In this document: one piece after another, positions 7,671-17,895 of the stretch | How the letters are laid out: the number at the start of each line of letters is the position of its first letter | Numbering within the stretch: the first letter of the stretch is position 1 | The notes under the pieces: generated by a model | Database searches by the model: none | What the model saw: only the letters and a program-made list of their open reading frames with translations | Told to the model about the DNA's origin: nothing | Assembly: GCA_902597015.1 (NCBI GenBank) | Contig: CACJWQ010000003.1 | Span: 25,434 to 89,433, forward strand | DNA length: 64,000 bases | Reading direction: 5' to 3' | Origin: an uncultured Alphaproteobacteria bacterium | Lineage (GTDB): Bacteria > Pseudomonadota > Alphaproteobacteria > HIMB59 > GCA-002718135 | Made by a program: the position numbers and the translations under genes

Positions 7671-9500
7671 ATGAATTCTGATAGAAAATTAGCGACTATT
7701 CTTGCAACTGATTGTGTAAATTTTAGCAAACATATGGAAGAAAGCGAAGAAAAAACTCTTCGAAATTTAAATGAATGTCGTAAAATAATAGATGCTAAAA
7801 TAATAGAATTTGGAGGAAGAATATTTAAAACTGAGGGTGATAGTGTTGTGTGTGAGTTTGCTTCACCTGTAAATTGCTTAAAAGCAGCAATAGAATTTCA
7901 AAATGAAATTTATAAAAGAAATGATCATTCTATTACAGAATTAAAATTAGAATGGCGAGTTGGAATACATGTAGATGATGTAATAGTTGAAGGTGATAAT
8001 ATAATGGGTTCAGGAGTCAATGTATCAGCTAGACTGGAAAGCGAATGTGAACCAGGAGGAATTTTAATTTCTACTATTGTTAAGGATCAAGTTAATAAAA
8101 GGTTAGATGCTAAAATTGAAAATGATGGTACTAGAAATTTAAAAAATATAAGTGAAAGTTTTGAAGTTTATAAAATTTCTAATTTACTTATTCATGAAGA
8201 TGATTTTTTAACAGAAGAAGAAAAACCAACAAACGATAATATTAAAGAACCAATAGCTCAAACTAAAATCAATAAAGCAAAAAAAATTAAACTAGCAATT
8301 CTTCCTTTTGAAAATTTAAGTAAAGATGAAGATTCAGAATTTTTAGTAGAAGGAGTGTTTAGAGATTTAATACAAGAATTTTCGCGAATGCAAGAATTTG
8401 AAATACTTTCACATCAAACATCGATGGATTTTAAAAAAAGTGATGAAGACGCACTAGGTTTTGCAAAAAAACACTTAGTTGATTATTTAATTGGTGGCAA
8501 TATTAGATCTGCAGGTAAGAGAATAAGAGTTAGTGTTGACTTAACTGATGCTAGCGATGGTTCCAATTTATGGGGTGAAAAATACGATAGAGTAATAGAA
8601 GATATTTTTGATTTACAAGATGAAATCGTAATGAAAATGTCTCGACAATTACTTGGTAATATTGAAATAAGTAGCTTACAAAGGATTAAAAGAAAACCAT
8701 CAGAAAATTTAAATTCTTATGAATGGTTAATAAAAGGAACTTATCATCATGTTCGATCTGGAAAAGAAAATAATTTAAAAGCTATTGAAGCACTTGACAA
8801 GGCAATTGAAATCGATGAAACGAATGCAAGAGCGCATGCCTTAAAAGCATGTACAATTGGTGGTGGATACGGCAAAGGTTATTATGAGGATCCAGATAAG
8901 ATGATGGATATGGGTCTTGAACACGTCAAGAAAAGTCTTGAGGCTGATGAAAATGATTTTGAAGTTTTAAGAATTTCTTCTGCAATTGCGCAAAGTAATA
9001 AAGATTTTAATAAATCAATTGAGCATGCCAAGAAAGGACATTCAATTAATCCTAATGATCCTAGGATTTTAGATAGGTATGGTACTTGCTTAGTTAAACT
9101 TGATAATGTTGATGAAGGTTTAAAACATCTACATAAAGCATTAGAACTTGATCCAATTCCTCAAGGTGCTGCAACATCATGTTCGCGCTACGATGCATTA
9201 ACAATAGGTTATTTTTGTAAAGAAGATTTTGAAAAATGTATCTCTTGGGGGGAAAAAATACAATACATGAGTACCTCAACTTGGTTAACAATTTTATATT
9301 CTATTTCTAAAAATGATGACATTAGTAAAGTTAAAGAACATAATATTTACAAAAAATATGAAAATGATTTTAAAGAAACGAATTGGGAAAAAACAATAAA
9401 TAATATGCATTTTAGACCTGATGATACAAAACATACTAATCTTTTAGAATTTTCTAATAAAATGTTTCCTAATATAAAAATTGTAGAAAAAACTGCTTAA
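7671..9500 (+). CDS. Class III nucleotidyl cyclase with TolB-like and TPR domains
   Basis: ILATDCVNFS, FKTEGDS, RVGIHVDDV, GSGVNVSARLE; LAILPFENLS TolB-N-like block; C-terminal TPR helices. Confidence 0.9.
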   Translation: MNSDRKLATILATDCVNFSKHMEESEEKTLRNLNECRKIIDAKIIEFGGRIFKTEGDSVVCEFASPVNCLKAAIEFQNEIYKRNDHSITELKLEWRVGIHVDDVIVEGDNIMGSGVNVSARLESECEPGGILISTIVKDQVNKRLDAKIENDGTRNLKNISESFEVYKISNLLIHEDDFLTEEEKPTNDNIKEPIAQTKINKAKKIKLAILPFENLSKDEDSEFLVEGVFRDLIQEFSRMQEFEILSHQTSMDFKKSDEDALGFAKKHLVDYLIGGNIRSAGKRIRVSVDLTDASDGSNLWGEKYDRVIEDIFDLQDEIVMKMSRQLLGNIEISSLQRIKRKPSENLNSYEWLIKGTYHHVRSGKENNLKAIEALDKAIEIDETNARAHALKACTIGGGYGKGYYEDPDKMMDMGLEHVKKSLEADENDFEVLRISSAIAQSNKDFNKSIEHAKKGHSINPNDPRILDRYGTCLVKLDNVDEGLKHLHKALELDPIPQGAATSCSRYDALTIGYFCKEDFEKCISWGEKIQYMSTSTWLTILYSISKNDDISKVKEHNIYKKYENDFKETNWEKTINNMHFRPDDTKHTNLLEFSNKMFPNIKIVEKTA

Positions 9501-9502
9501 TC

Positions 9503-10240
9503 CTATTTTCTTTTTCTCTCCGTAAAAGCACTAGCCAATATACCTGCTGGTAAAGCAACCGCTCCTATTCCAAATAATGCAGTACATACTGCTGCAAATC
9601 TTCCTAAAAATGTTATTGGAGTATAATCACCATAACCAGTGGACAATAAAGCAGCAGCACTAACCCATAAAGCTCTTGGAATGGATCCAAAAGCTTCAGG
9701 TTGTAATTCCCCTTCTACAACATAAAGTAAAGTTGCAGACAATAACATTAAACTTAAAGTAAGCAGCAGTGAGAATATTAATTCATGACGTCTATCATAT
9801 ATTGCATGAAGTATAAAATCTACTGACTCACTAAAGCGCCCAAAACGAAGAATGCTAAATATTCTTATAGCTCTTAACAATCGTACTAAGAAACCTTCAT
9901 TGATACCAATTAAAAATAATGGAATAAGCGCAATTGCATCAATTAAAGCAGGTACTGTAAAAATATACTTTATCTTACCTTTAAATCCTTTAAATTTATC
10001 AATTTGATCTACGGCAATTAACCTACAAATATACTCAATTAAAAATACTATACCAAAAAAAAGTTTTGCTGAGTCAAAGAGCTGATTATATTGTTCATAA
10101 ATCAATTTTTCTGACTCAATAACAACAAAAACACAGTTCAATATAATGAGAAAGAATATAATTTTTTCAATAAGAGTAAAATCCTTCTCTTCAAGACCAA
10201 AATGCAAGTGTTCGAATAAATACTTTGAAAATGAATTCAT
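9503..10240 (-). CDS. 6-TM voltage-gated-type cation (K+) channel
   Basis: S4 arginines RLLRAIRIFSILRFGR, pore helix FGSIPRALW, filter STGYGD, then PITFLGR. Confidence 0.88.
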   Translation of the reverse strand: MNSFSKYLFEHLHFGLEEKDFTLIEKIIFFLIILNCVFVVIESEKLIYEQYNQLFDSAKLFFGIVFLIEYICRLIAVDQIDKFKGFKGKIKYIFTVPALIDAIALIPLFLIGINEGFLVRLLRAIRIFSILRFGRFSESVDFILHAIYDRRHELIFSLLLTLSLMLLSATLLYVVEGELQPEAFGSIPRALWVSAAALLSTGYGDYTPITFLGRFAAVCTALFGIGAVALPAGILASAFTERKRK

Positions 10241-10274
10241 TTTTATATAAATTCTTTATAGCAAAAATTACAAA

Positions 10275-11945
10275 ATGAAAATTAACATTTTTTACCTACT
10301 ATCTAAGATTAGCATTATTTTAATAAGCTTATTATGCATTTTATCTATTCTATTATTTTATAATAATGCAGTTACTTTAAATTCTTTATATATACTCATT
10401 TCTGTATTTATTATTGGTTCTGTAATACAACTAAACAAATTAAAGAAATTTACACGAGTACTATTTACTATCATTATACTTCCTATTTTATCATATCTAA
10501 TGGTAAATTTTTCCTATGATATAGTTATTCAAAAGGAATTTTTTTTAATTAATGAAACAGTAAGTAGCCTTACAGATAAAATCTTACTGATAACTTTATA
10601 TTTTATTCCATCAATATTCATAATGATGTTTTATAAATACGAAGTATTATCACTAAATGATAAATCAGGAACAACAATACCTGAAATAATAACATTTCTT
10701 TTTCAGTTTTTATTATTTGCGATACCTGCATTTTTAGTTTTATCATTTGTTTTTAATTTAGAACTTACAAGTATTCTTGCTGCAGGTGGTATAGTTTTTG
10801 CTGCTATTGCACTTTCATTACAATCAAGCTTATCAGATTTAATTAAAGGAATTTTTGTAAATATTGAAAGACCATTTGCAATAAATGACTGGATTACTGT
10901 TGATGATAAAACAGGTTATGTAGAAAATATTACCTGGAGAAGTACAAGGATAAGGACATTTCAAAATACTGAAGTAATCATTCCAAATGAAATCGTCGCA
11001 GATTCAATTTTAACTAATTGGAGCAAACAAGATAAAGAAAAAATGAGTGAAGGATTTCATATTTTTAATAAACTATATTTTCATCCCTCTCATGATCCAG
11101 AAAATATTTCAAAGTTACTTTATAATGCTCTTAAAAAAGCTAAACCAGTTGATGGAAGAGAGCAATTAAATTTACAGTGGGTTCGTTTTATAGGTGCTAA
11201 TGAGTTTGGATTAGAATTTGTTGTTGCTTTTGATTGCACAAAAAGGATTTTAAAAAATTCGATGCAAGATAGTGTTATGATGGAAATACATAAAACTTTA
11301 AGACATGCAGGCGTTCAAATGTCAGCGGGTAAACTTTATGGAAAACTTGAAGAAGATACAGGACTACATGCTCTTGACACGCACAGAAGTCGAGAGGATT
11401 TTGAAAAAAGACAGGTTAGTGAATTTAATCCTTATAATGAGTCAGTAAAAAATAGAGTTCTTCTTCAAAAAATTCCTATTTTTATGTCTTTAAATTCTGA
11501 AGATTTAGATGAAATTGCTGAAAATGCAGAAAGACTCCATTTTGAAAAAGACGATTACATTATTAAACAAAATGATTCTGGAGATTCTCTTTACGTTATA
11601 AATGACGGAGTAGTATCTGTTTACTTAGATAATGAAAATAAAGATAAAGTATTTTTAGCTAAACTTGGTGTTGGGGACTTTGTTGGTGAAGGAAGTCTTC
11701 TAACTGGTGAACCAAGATCTGCTAATGTTATAGCTGAAACTCCTTGCATAGTTATAAAAGTAAGCAAGGATATAATAAAAGATATATTTTCTAAAAACCC
11801 TAATGTGTATGATTATGTTGCAAATATTTTAGCACAAAGAAAGTTAAAACTTGATAAGAAAAAAAATGAAAGTCAATTAACTAAAGATGAAAATAAAAAT
11901 CTTGTTAATGATATTAAGAATGCAATAATAAATTTTTTAAAATAG
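10275..11945 (+). CDS. MscS-family channel with a C-terminal cyclic-nucleotide-binding domain
   Basis: ALSLQSSLSDLIKGIFVNIERPFAINDWI...ITWRSTRIRT...IIPN (MscS); IIKQNDSGDSLYVI and FVGEGSLLTGEPRSANV (CNBD phosphate-binding cassette). Confidence 0.92.
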   Translation: MKINIFYLLSKISIILISLLCILSILLFYNNAVTLNSLYILISVFIIGSVIQLNKLKKFTRVLFTIIILPILSYLMVNFSYDIVIQKEFFLINETVSSLTDKILLITLYFIPSIFIMMFYKYEVLSLNDKSGTTIPEIITFLFQFLLFAIPAFLVLSFVFNLELTSILAAGGIVFAAIALSLQSSLSDLIKGIFVNIERPFAINDWITVDDKTGYVENITWRSTRIRTFQNTEVIIPNEIVADSILTNWSKQDKEKMSEGFHIFNKLYFHPSHDPENISKLLYNALKKAKPVDGREQLNLQWVRFIGANEFGLEFVVAFDCTKRILKNSMQDSVMMEIHKTLRHAGVQMSAGKLYGKLEEDTGLHALDTHRSREDFEKRQVSEFNPYNESVKNRVLLQKIPIFMSLNSEDLDEIAENAERLHFEKDDYIIKQNDSGDSLYVINDGVVSVYLDNENKDKVFLAKLGVGDFVGEGSLLTGEPRSANVIAETPCIVIKVSKDIIKDIFSKNPNVYDYVANILAQRKLKLDKKKNESQLTKDENKNLVNDIKNAIINFLK

Positions 11946-11955
11946 AATAAATCCC

Positions 11956-13242
11956 CTACTCTCCATCAATTTCTTTACTAAAATCTTCTTGTAATTTTTT
12001 CAATTCTTTCATTGCAGCCTTCATATCAGAACTATCAAATATTTGAATATCCACGTGGTTACCTTTTTTCGAATATGATTTTTTTGTTTTGCTATTTTTC
12101 TTATTTTTAAAATCAATTACCTTGTAAGTTTTAACAGGTCTTACAAAACCTTTAGGAGTTATTTTTTCATACTCTTCACAGTTTATTTGATTTTTAACTA
12201 AATTATATGTTGTATCAGAAATAATAATTTCATTTTCAGGAGAAATTGATTGCAATCTAGAGGCTAAATTTACAGAAGAACCTATTGCTGTATAATCACT
12301 CATTACGCTAGATCCAAAATCACCAACATTTGCAAAACCTGAAGAGATTCCATATCTTACCTTTAATCCACCTTTAACACCCTGTCTGATCCAGAAAGAT
12401 TGCAGTTCTTTAACTCGTTCTTTCATTTCTAAAGCCATGCTTATACAATTAATAGCATCATTCTCATCTCCTAGTGTTTCAGGAGCTCCATGAAAGGAAA
12501 GAATTGCATCTCCAATAAATTTGTCAATTGTTGCATTTGAATTTATTGCAATTAAACTCATTTCACTTAGATAATTATTTAAGATTAAAGCAAGTTTTTC
12601 TGCTTCTAACGAATCAGATAAATCAGTAAAATTTACAATATCAGAGAAAAAAATTGTTAAATTTTTTCTTACGTAGCTTTCTTTTGTTTTTTTTCCTGAC
12701 TCTTCTTCATCAAAAATAGACTTATATACTTGAGGTGAAAGATATTTTGATAACCTATTAGCAATATTTTCTAATCTTTTCGTTTTTTCTTCAATCAATT
12801 CTCTATCTTTTAATTTTTGATCAAGTAATTCTTCCTTCTCCCTTCGAAGATTATATTCATCTGTTCGATCAACAAATTGTCCTTGAATACCATTTAAAAA
12901 AGGGAAATCTTTGTTTTCAGTATAAGCGGAAAGTAAAGAATATACTTTAATTTCATCACCAATTTTGATTTCTATTTTAGGAATAATAACAAAACCATTT
13001 TTTTCTAAATTTTGTTGAAAATTTTTAATATATTCATCCCCAACTCCAAGTTGTTCTAAAATACTAGTAAAAGGAATATTATTTACAGTTTTAAGAATTG
13101 GAAAAAATTTTTTAAAATTTTTATTTACTCGCAAAACTTCTAAGTTACGATTGGCAAAATAAGCTGCAGTGACAGCATTAGAGAAATTAAAAAAGCTTAA
13201 ATCTATGACAGTTTTTTGATCAAAAAACTTATCAAGTTTCAT
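11956..13242 (-). CDS. Class III adenylate cyclase with an N-terminal PAS-like domain and coiled coil
   Basis: TIFFSDIVNFT, DKFIGDAIL, RYGISSG, DYTAIGSSVNLASRLQ; LSKYLSPQV linker. Confidence 0.92.
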   Translation of the reverse strand: MKLDKFFDQKTVIDLSFFNFSNAVTAAYFANRNLEVLRVNKNFKKFFPILKTVNNIPFTSILEQLGVGDEYIKNFQQNLEKNGFVIIPKIEIKIGDEIKVYSLLSAYTENKDFPFLNGIQGQFVDRTDEYNLRREKEELLDQKLKDRELIEEKTKRLENIANRLSKYLSPQVYKSIFDEEESGKKTKESYVRKNLTIFFSDIVNFTDLSDSLEAEKLALILNNYLSEMSLIAINSNATIDKFIGDAILSFHGAPETLGDENDAINCISMALEMKERVKELQSFWIRQGVKGGLKVRYGISSGFANVGDFGSSVMSDYTAIGSSVNLASRLQSISPENEIIISDTTYNLVKNQINCEEYEKITPKGFVRPVKTYKVIDFKNKKNSKTKKSYSKKGNHVDIQIFDSSDMKAAMKELKKLQEDFSKEIDGE

Positions 13243-13253
13243 TTTTTATTTAA

Positions 13254-13778
13254 TTATGGGTGATGTTTAGTAATTCCGCTAATATAATCCATTATTGCTA
13301 TAACTAATCCTGATAAAATAAATACAGCATGAATAAATATCATTAAGTAAATTTCTTCTGATGTTTTTGAGCCAACATCAATAAAAGCTTCTAGCAAACC
13401 AATACTTGAAATAGCTACTATTGAAGCAATAAGTTTTAATTTCAAACCTGAAAAATCTAGTTTACCCATCCACTCTGGCTTATCTTCTGATTGATTTGCA
13501 ATATCAATTTTTGAAACAAAATTTTCATATCCAGCAAATATAACCATTAAAACTAAATTTCCTACAAGAGCTAAGTCAACAATATGTAATACAAAAACAA
13601 GAAGTTCATTTAAACTTAAGTCATTTAAGTGTGTGATTTCATAAATGAATAATGCAATAACTTTGTATGTAATAACTAGTAGAGTAAGACATAGAGCAAC
13701 ATAAACAGGAGCTAATGCCCATCTGCTTGAAAACATTGCTCTTTCAAGTAATCCTTCAAATACTCTACGCATAAACAA
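13254..13778 (-). CDS. yqhA: UPF0114/YqhA-family membrane protein
   Basis: FSSRWALAPVY, GYENFVSKID, KLKLIASIVAISSI. Confidence 0.88.
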   Translation of the reverse strand: MFMRRVFEGLLERAMFSSRWALAPVYVALCLTLLVITYKVIALFIYEITHLNDLSLNELLVFVLHIVDLALVGNLVLMVIFAGYENFVSKIDIANQSEDKPEWMGKLDFSGLKLKLIASIVAISSIGLLEAFIDVGSKTSEEIYLMIFIHAVFILSGLVIAIMDYISGITKHHP

Positions 13779-13816
13779 TAAGTAATTTTTAAATAATATT
13801 TGTCAATTAAATTTTA

Positions 13817-14737
13817 CTATTTACCCCATTTATAAGTCAGTAAATCATATCTTTTAGCAAAATTAAGTAATAAATTTTTTGTATCTAGATCTAAGGGTTT
13901 AATAGGATCTCGGCAAAAATCTGATTTTATTACACCCCCCTCTTTCATTACTGTTTTAGTAGCTCTGAAACCACATTGTCTATTTTCAAAATTTATTAAA
14001 GGAAGAATACTGTCATAGACTTCTTCAGCTTTATCTTTTTCATTATTCCAAAAATGATCAATTACTGGAGCTATTTTTTCTGGAAGTAATGCTGAGCTCA
14101 TACTACCAGAAATTCCAGCTTCTAAATCTGCATACAACGTAATACTTTCTTCCCCATCAAAAGGCGCATCTAATCTTTCACTACAATTTTTAATAAGCGC
14201 TCTTATTTTTGAAGCAGCGTTAGCACTTTCAATTTTAAAGCAGGTTAAATTCTCAATCTCATTTATCATCTTTGTCAGTAAAGAAACTGAAAGTTCAATA
14301 CCGGATAAGGGCGCATCTTGAATCATAATTGGTATACCAACTTTTGAAATTTCATTAAATTGCTCAAATATTTGATCAGGATTACCTTTTAACAATGCAC
14401 CATGATAAGGCGGCATCATCATTATAATATCTGCTCCCAATGATTTTGCTAACTCAGCTCTTGGACGCACAATATCAGTAGCAAAATGAGAAACTGTAAT
14501 AATTGTTTTAACTCTTCCATCAATTTTTTTCATACAAAGTTTTGTTAATTTTTCTCTTTCTTCGTCTGAAATTAGAAATTGCTCAGAATAATTGGCTAGA
14601 ATACAAATACCTTCAACTTTTTGATCAATCATACAGTCAATTACTCTATTCATTCCTTCATAATCAACTTCACCATTTTCATGAAATGGTGTTGGAGCAA
14701 CTGGCCACATCCCATAAAATTTATATTTTGAAACCAT
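13817..14737 (-). CDS. araD: DHDPS-family enzyme, L-2-keto-3-deoxyarabonate dehydratase-like
   Basis: CILANYSEQF, MPPYHGA, IQDAPLSG, FKIE, PFDGEESITLYADL and PLINFENRQ match the Azospirillum L-KDA dehydratase (AraD) as remembered. Confidence 0.8.
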   Translation of the reverse strand: MVSKYKFYGMWPVAPTPFHENGEVDYEGMNRVIDCMIDQKVEGICILANYSEQFLISDEEREKLTKLCMKKIDGRVKTIITVSHFATDIVRPRAELAKSLGADIIMMMPPYHGALLKGNPDQIFEQFNEISKVGIPIMIQDAPLSGIELSVSLLTKMINEIENLTCFKIESANAASKIRALIKNCSERLDAPFDGEESITLYADLEAGISGSMSSALLPEKIAPVIDHFWNNEKDKAEEVYDSILPLINFENRQCGFRATKTVMKEGGVIKSDFCRDPIKPLDLDTKNLLLNFAKRYDLLTYKWGK

Positions 14738-14756
14738 TTTTTTTAATTATATATTA

Positions 14757-15644
14757 TTAATCTACAGAAGTTATAATATTTTTTTTATTTTGTTCCTCTT
14801 TATTTCTTTCATTGTATGTAATTATTAATACTGATGAAAATACAACTATTCCTCCTATCCATGTCCATAGATCAGGTATTTCATTAAAAACGAAATAACC
14901 AAAACTTGATCCAAAGATTAGACCACTAAACCATATTGGTTGAGTAACTGATAAATCTGCATATTTATATGCTAATCCTAGAGATAAATGTAAAATTGTT
15001 CCTGAAATAGCTCCAATAAAAACATATAAAATTGAAATTAATGATGGCATTTCCCAAAAGTAAATTGCTAGAGGTAATGCAAATAATGTCATTAAAGTAT
15101 ACTGATATGAGACCATAGTAATTGGTGAGTCATCTTTTGAAACATATTTTGAGAGAATGATTATAAAAGACCAAAAAGTTAAAGAAACCAAAACCATTAT
15201 TGTTCCTATATTAAATTGAACATAGCCTGGTCTTATAATTATTAATGTACCTAAAAAACCAATAATTAAAGCTAAAATTCTATATTGATAAATTTTCTCT
15301 CTGAAAATTAAAAAACTCAATAGCACGACAATTATTGGGCTTAAAAAATTCATAGCTTTGAATTGTTCAAACGGAATATACACAAGAGCTCCAAAACCTA
15401 AAATCATTACGGGAATATTAAATAATCCACGAACTATATAGAATTTCAAATTTTTTGTTTTATAAGTTGTAAATTTATTTTTAGCTAAATAGGGAAAAAT
15501 AATTAATAAACCAAAAAAGAATCTTAAAAACCCAATTGTAAAAACATTTGAATCATATTGTGCTGCACGTATTAATGCTTCCATTAAAACTGCAAAAAAA
15601 GATGCAAACAAAGTTAATAAAATAGCCTTAATATTATTATTCAT
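14757..15644 (-). CDS. EamA/DMT transporter
   Basis: 10-TM pattern with FLRFFFG, FREKI, IIIRPG, FNEIPDLWT. Confidence 0.9.
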   Translation of the reverse strand: MNNNIKAILLTLFASFFAVLMEALIRAAQYDSNVFTIGFLRFFFGLLIIFPYLAKNKFTTYKTKNLKFYIVRGLFNIPVMILGFGALVYIPFEQFKAMNFLSPIIVVLLSFLIFREKIYQYRILALIIGFLGTLIIIRPGYVQFNIGTIMVLVSLTFWSFIIILSKYVSKDDSPITMVSYQYTLMTLFALPLAIYFWEMPSLISILYVFIGAISGTILHLSLGLAYKYADLSVTQPIWFSGLIFGSSFGYFVFNEIPDLWTWIGGIVVFSSVLIITYNERNKEEQNKKNIITSVD

Positions 15645-15652
15645 TAATAAAA

Positions 15653-16540
15653 TTAAAGTTTAATCGGTATTGATTGCTTTGCTATATCTTTTTTTAGATA
15701 ATTTTCTCTATAAGTAATAATCAGAATTGATGAAAAAATTATTAAACCTCCTACTATTGTCCAAATATCAGGTATTTCATCAAAAATTAAAAACCCAAAT
15801 AATGATGCAATCAGTAGTCTGGAAAAGTTTACAGGTTGTAAAACCGATAAATCAGTAAGCTTATAAGCTGTATTTATACATAAATGTACTATCGTCCCAG
15901 CAATCCCAGCAAATATTAAATAATAGAATGTTTCTGATGAAGGAGATTGCCAAAAATATAAAGCAATAGGAAAAGATAAGAATGTGACTAAGGTATATTG
16001 GTAAGATAAAATTGTAAATGCACTATCAACTCTTGCCGCAAATTTTGTAATTATGACAACTACTGACCAAATAGAACAAGAACATAAAACTAAATATGCC
16101 CCCACATTTATTGGAACAATACCTGGTCTCAAAATAACAAAGACCCCGAATAGACCGATCAGTAAAGCACCAATACGAATTAAATAAATTTTTTCTTTCA
16201 AAAAAATTACACTTAAAACAACTACAATTATAGGTGTAACAAAAGAAATTGCTTTGATTTGTTCTAAAGGTATAAATTGTAATGCAGAAAATCCAAGTAA
16301 CATCATTGGGATATTTAAAATACCTCTTGTTAAATGAATTTTTAGATTTGGTGTCTTAAAGTTTTGAAATTTAGTATAAAAAATAAAAGGCAGAATTAAA
16401 ATAAACCCAAAAAAAAATCTTAAAAATCCAGCGGTAAATACATTAATGTCTTGAAGGGAAAATTTAACAAGAACATTCATTGTTACTCCTGAAACAGAAG
16501 CAACTAATGCTAGAATAATAGCTTTTACATTATTATTCAT
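15653..16540 (-). CDS. EamA/DMT transporter (tandem paralog)
   Basis: FLRFFFG, FLKEKI, VILRPG, FDEIPDIWT. Confidence 0.9.
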   Translation of the reverse strand: MNNNVKAIILALVASVSGVTMNVLVKFSLQDINVFTAGFLRFFFGFILILPFIFYTKFQNFKTPNLKIHLTRGILNIPMMLLGFSALQFIPLEQIKAISFVTPIIVVVLSVIFLKEKIYLIRIGALLIGLFGVFVILRPGIVPINVGAYLVLCSCSIWSVVVIITKFAARVDSAFTILSYQYTLVTFLSFPIALYFWQSPSSETFYYLIFAGIAGTIVHLCINTAYKLTDLSVLQPVNFSRLLIASLFGFLIFDEIPDIWTIVGGLIIFSSILIITYRENYLKKDIAKQSIPIKL

Positions 16541-16543
16541 AAG

Positions 16544-17653
16544 TTATACGAATGGAATATCGCAAATTTCTCCTTTGTATTTTTTATTCTCTATAATGAT
16601 ATCAAACTGATCTTTAGTCAAAAAGTATGGTTTAGTTATCATTGCAATTCCAATCACCATGTTAAATGTAGGTGAAAATACTGCAGATCTAATTTCTCCA
16701 ATTATTTTATCACCAATTGTTAAGTGAATTGCTGATCTTAGATTAATTTTATCAAGATTAATCTTTACTCCCATTAATTTTTTATTAATTCCATTTTCTT
16801 TAATTTTAATTAATTTATCTTTTCCAAGAAAATCAATATCATTATCAAGATGAACAAATTTATCTAATCCACATTCAAATGGATTATCATTTATATCCAT
16901 ATCGTTACCATAAGAGAGCAAAGCTCCTTCAATTCTTTCAATTAAATGAGGACATCCTGGTTTGACTTCAAGCTCCCTACCTTCTTCAAATAATAAATCG
17001 TATAATTCTAAACCAGATTTAGTATCTTCGACATAAATTTCTACACCGCCCTGTTTTGACCAACCAGATCTAGCAATTAAATGTTTGGTATTTTTAAAAT
17101 TAAAATATTTAAAATTATAAAATTTTAATTCTAAAATTTCTTTACCAAAAACTTTCTCTAACAAATCAAAAGCCTTAGGACCTTGAACAGCCAAAATATT
17201 TACATCAGGCTCAGTAATAGAAACTTCAAAATTTTTTCCTATAGCAAGACCTTTAGCAAACAGCATTACGTCTGAATCAGCAATTGAAATCCACCATTTT
17301 TCATTGTTAAATTTCAGCACTACGGGATCATTAATCATTCCTCCATTTTCATCAATTATTGGACAATAATAACATTTACCTTCTTTGGCCTTACTTAAAT
17401 CCCTACAAGTCATTAATTGAACTAATTGGTACGCGTCCTTACCTTTAATTTCTATTTGTCTCTCAGCAGCTACATCCCATATTTGAACATGATTTTTTAA
17501 ATGATTGTATGTTTCTTCAAGACTTCCTTCAAAACCTGCAGGAAGTAACATATGATTGTATATTGTATAAGAAGTAACGCCCTGATTTTCAATTCTGGAA
17601 GAATAAATAGTACTTCTCAACCTTCTTGATTTAGCTACAAATTGTTTGGGCAT
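16544..17653 (-). CDS. dmdA: DMSP demethylase (GcvT family)
   Basis: 369 aa. [45 protein letters not shown] and [10 protein letters not shown] closely follow Pelagibacter DmdA as remembered. Confidence 0.93.
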   Translation of the reverse strand: MPKQFVAKSRRLRSTIYSSRIENQGVTSYTIYNHMLLPAGFEGSLEETYNHLKNHVQIWDVAAERQIEIKGKDAYQLVQLMTCRDLSKAKEGKCYYCPIIDENGGMINDPVVLKFNNEKWWISIADSDVMLFAKGLAIGKNFEVSITEPDVNILAVQGPKAFDLLEKVFGKEILELKFYNFKYFNFKNTKHLIARSGWSKQGGVEIYVEDTKSGLELYDLLFEEGRELEVKPGCPHLIERIEGALLSYGNDMDINDNPFECGLDKFVHLDNDIDFLGKDKLIKIKENGINKKLMGVKINLDKINLRSAIHLTIGDKIIGEIRSAVFSPTFNMVIGIAMITKPYFLTKDQFDIIIENKKYKGEICDIPFV

Positions 17654-17721
17654 GGAAGACTCGTATAAATATTTGTATTAAATTAGTCTACATCTAAATA
17701 AAATAAATTTGATTTAATGAA

Positions 17722-17892
17722 TCAAAGAAAATAATTGTAGGCAAAGTAAAAAGATAAAACAACCAATACAATAGCTACCCAAATAGATAAGTTAGTAAAA
17801 AAAGTTTTTAAATTATTATTTGAGCTTAAGAAAGAGGGTAAAATCAATAAAAGCACTCCAAACATATAAATAATTGGAACTAACTTATCCAT
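17722..17892 (-). CDS. Small 2-TM membrane protein, 56 aa (below the ORF-track cut-off)
   Basis: Manual translation MDKLVPIIYMFGVLLLILPSFLSSNNNLKTFFTNLSIWVAIVLVVLSFYFAYNYFL. It starts 3 bp after the upstream gene's stop and fills the gap. Confidence 0.7.
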   Translation of the reverse strand: MDKLVPIIYMFGVLLLILPSFLSSNNNLKTFFTNLSIWVAIVLVVLSFYFAYNYFL

Positions 17893-17895
17893 TTA

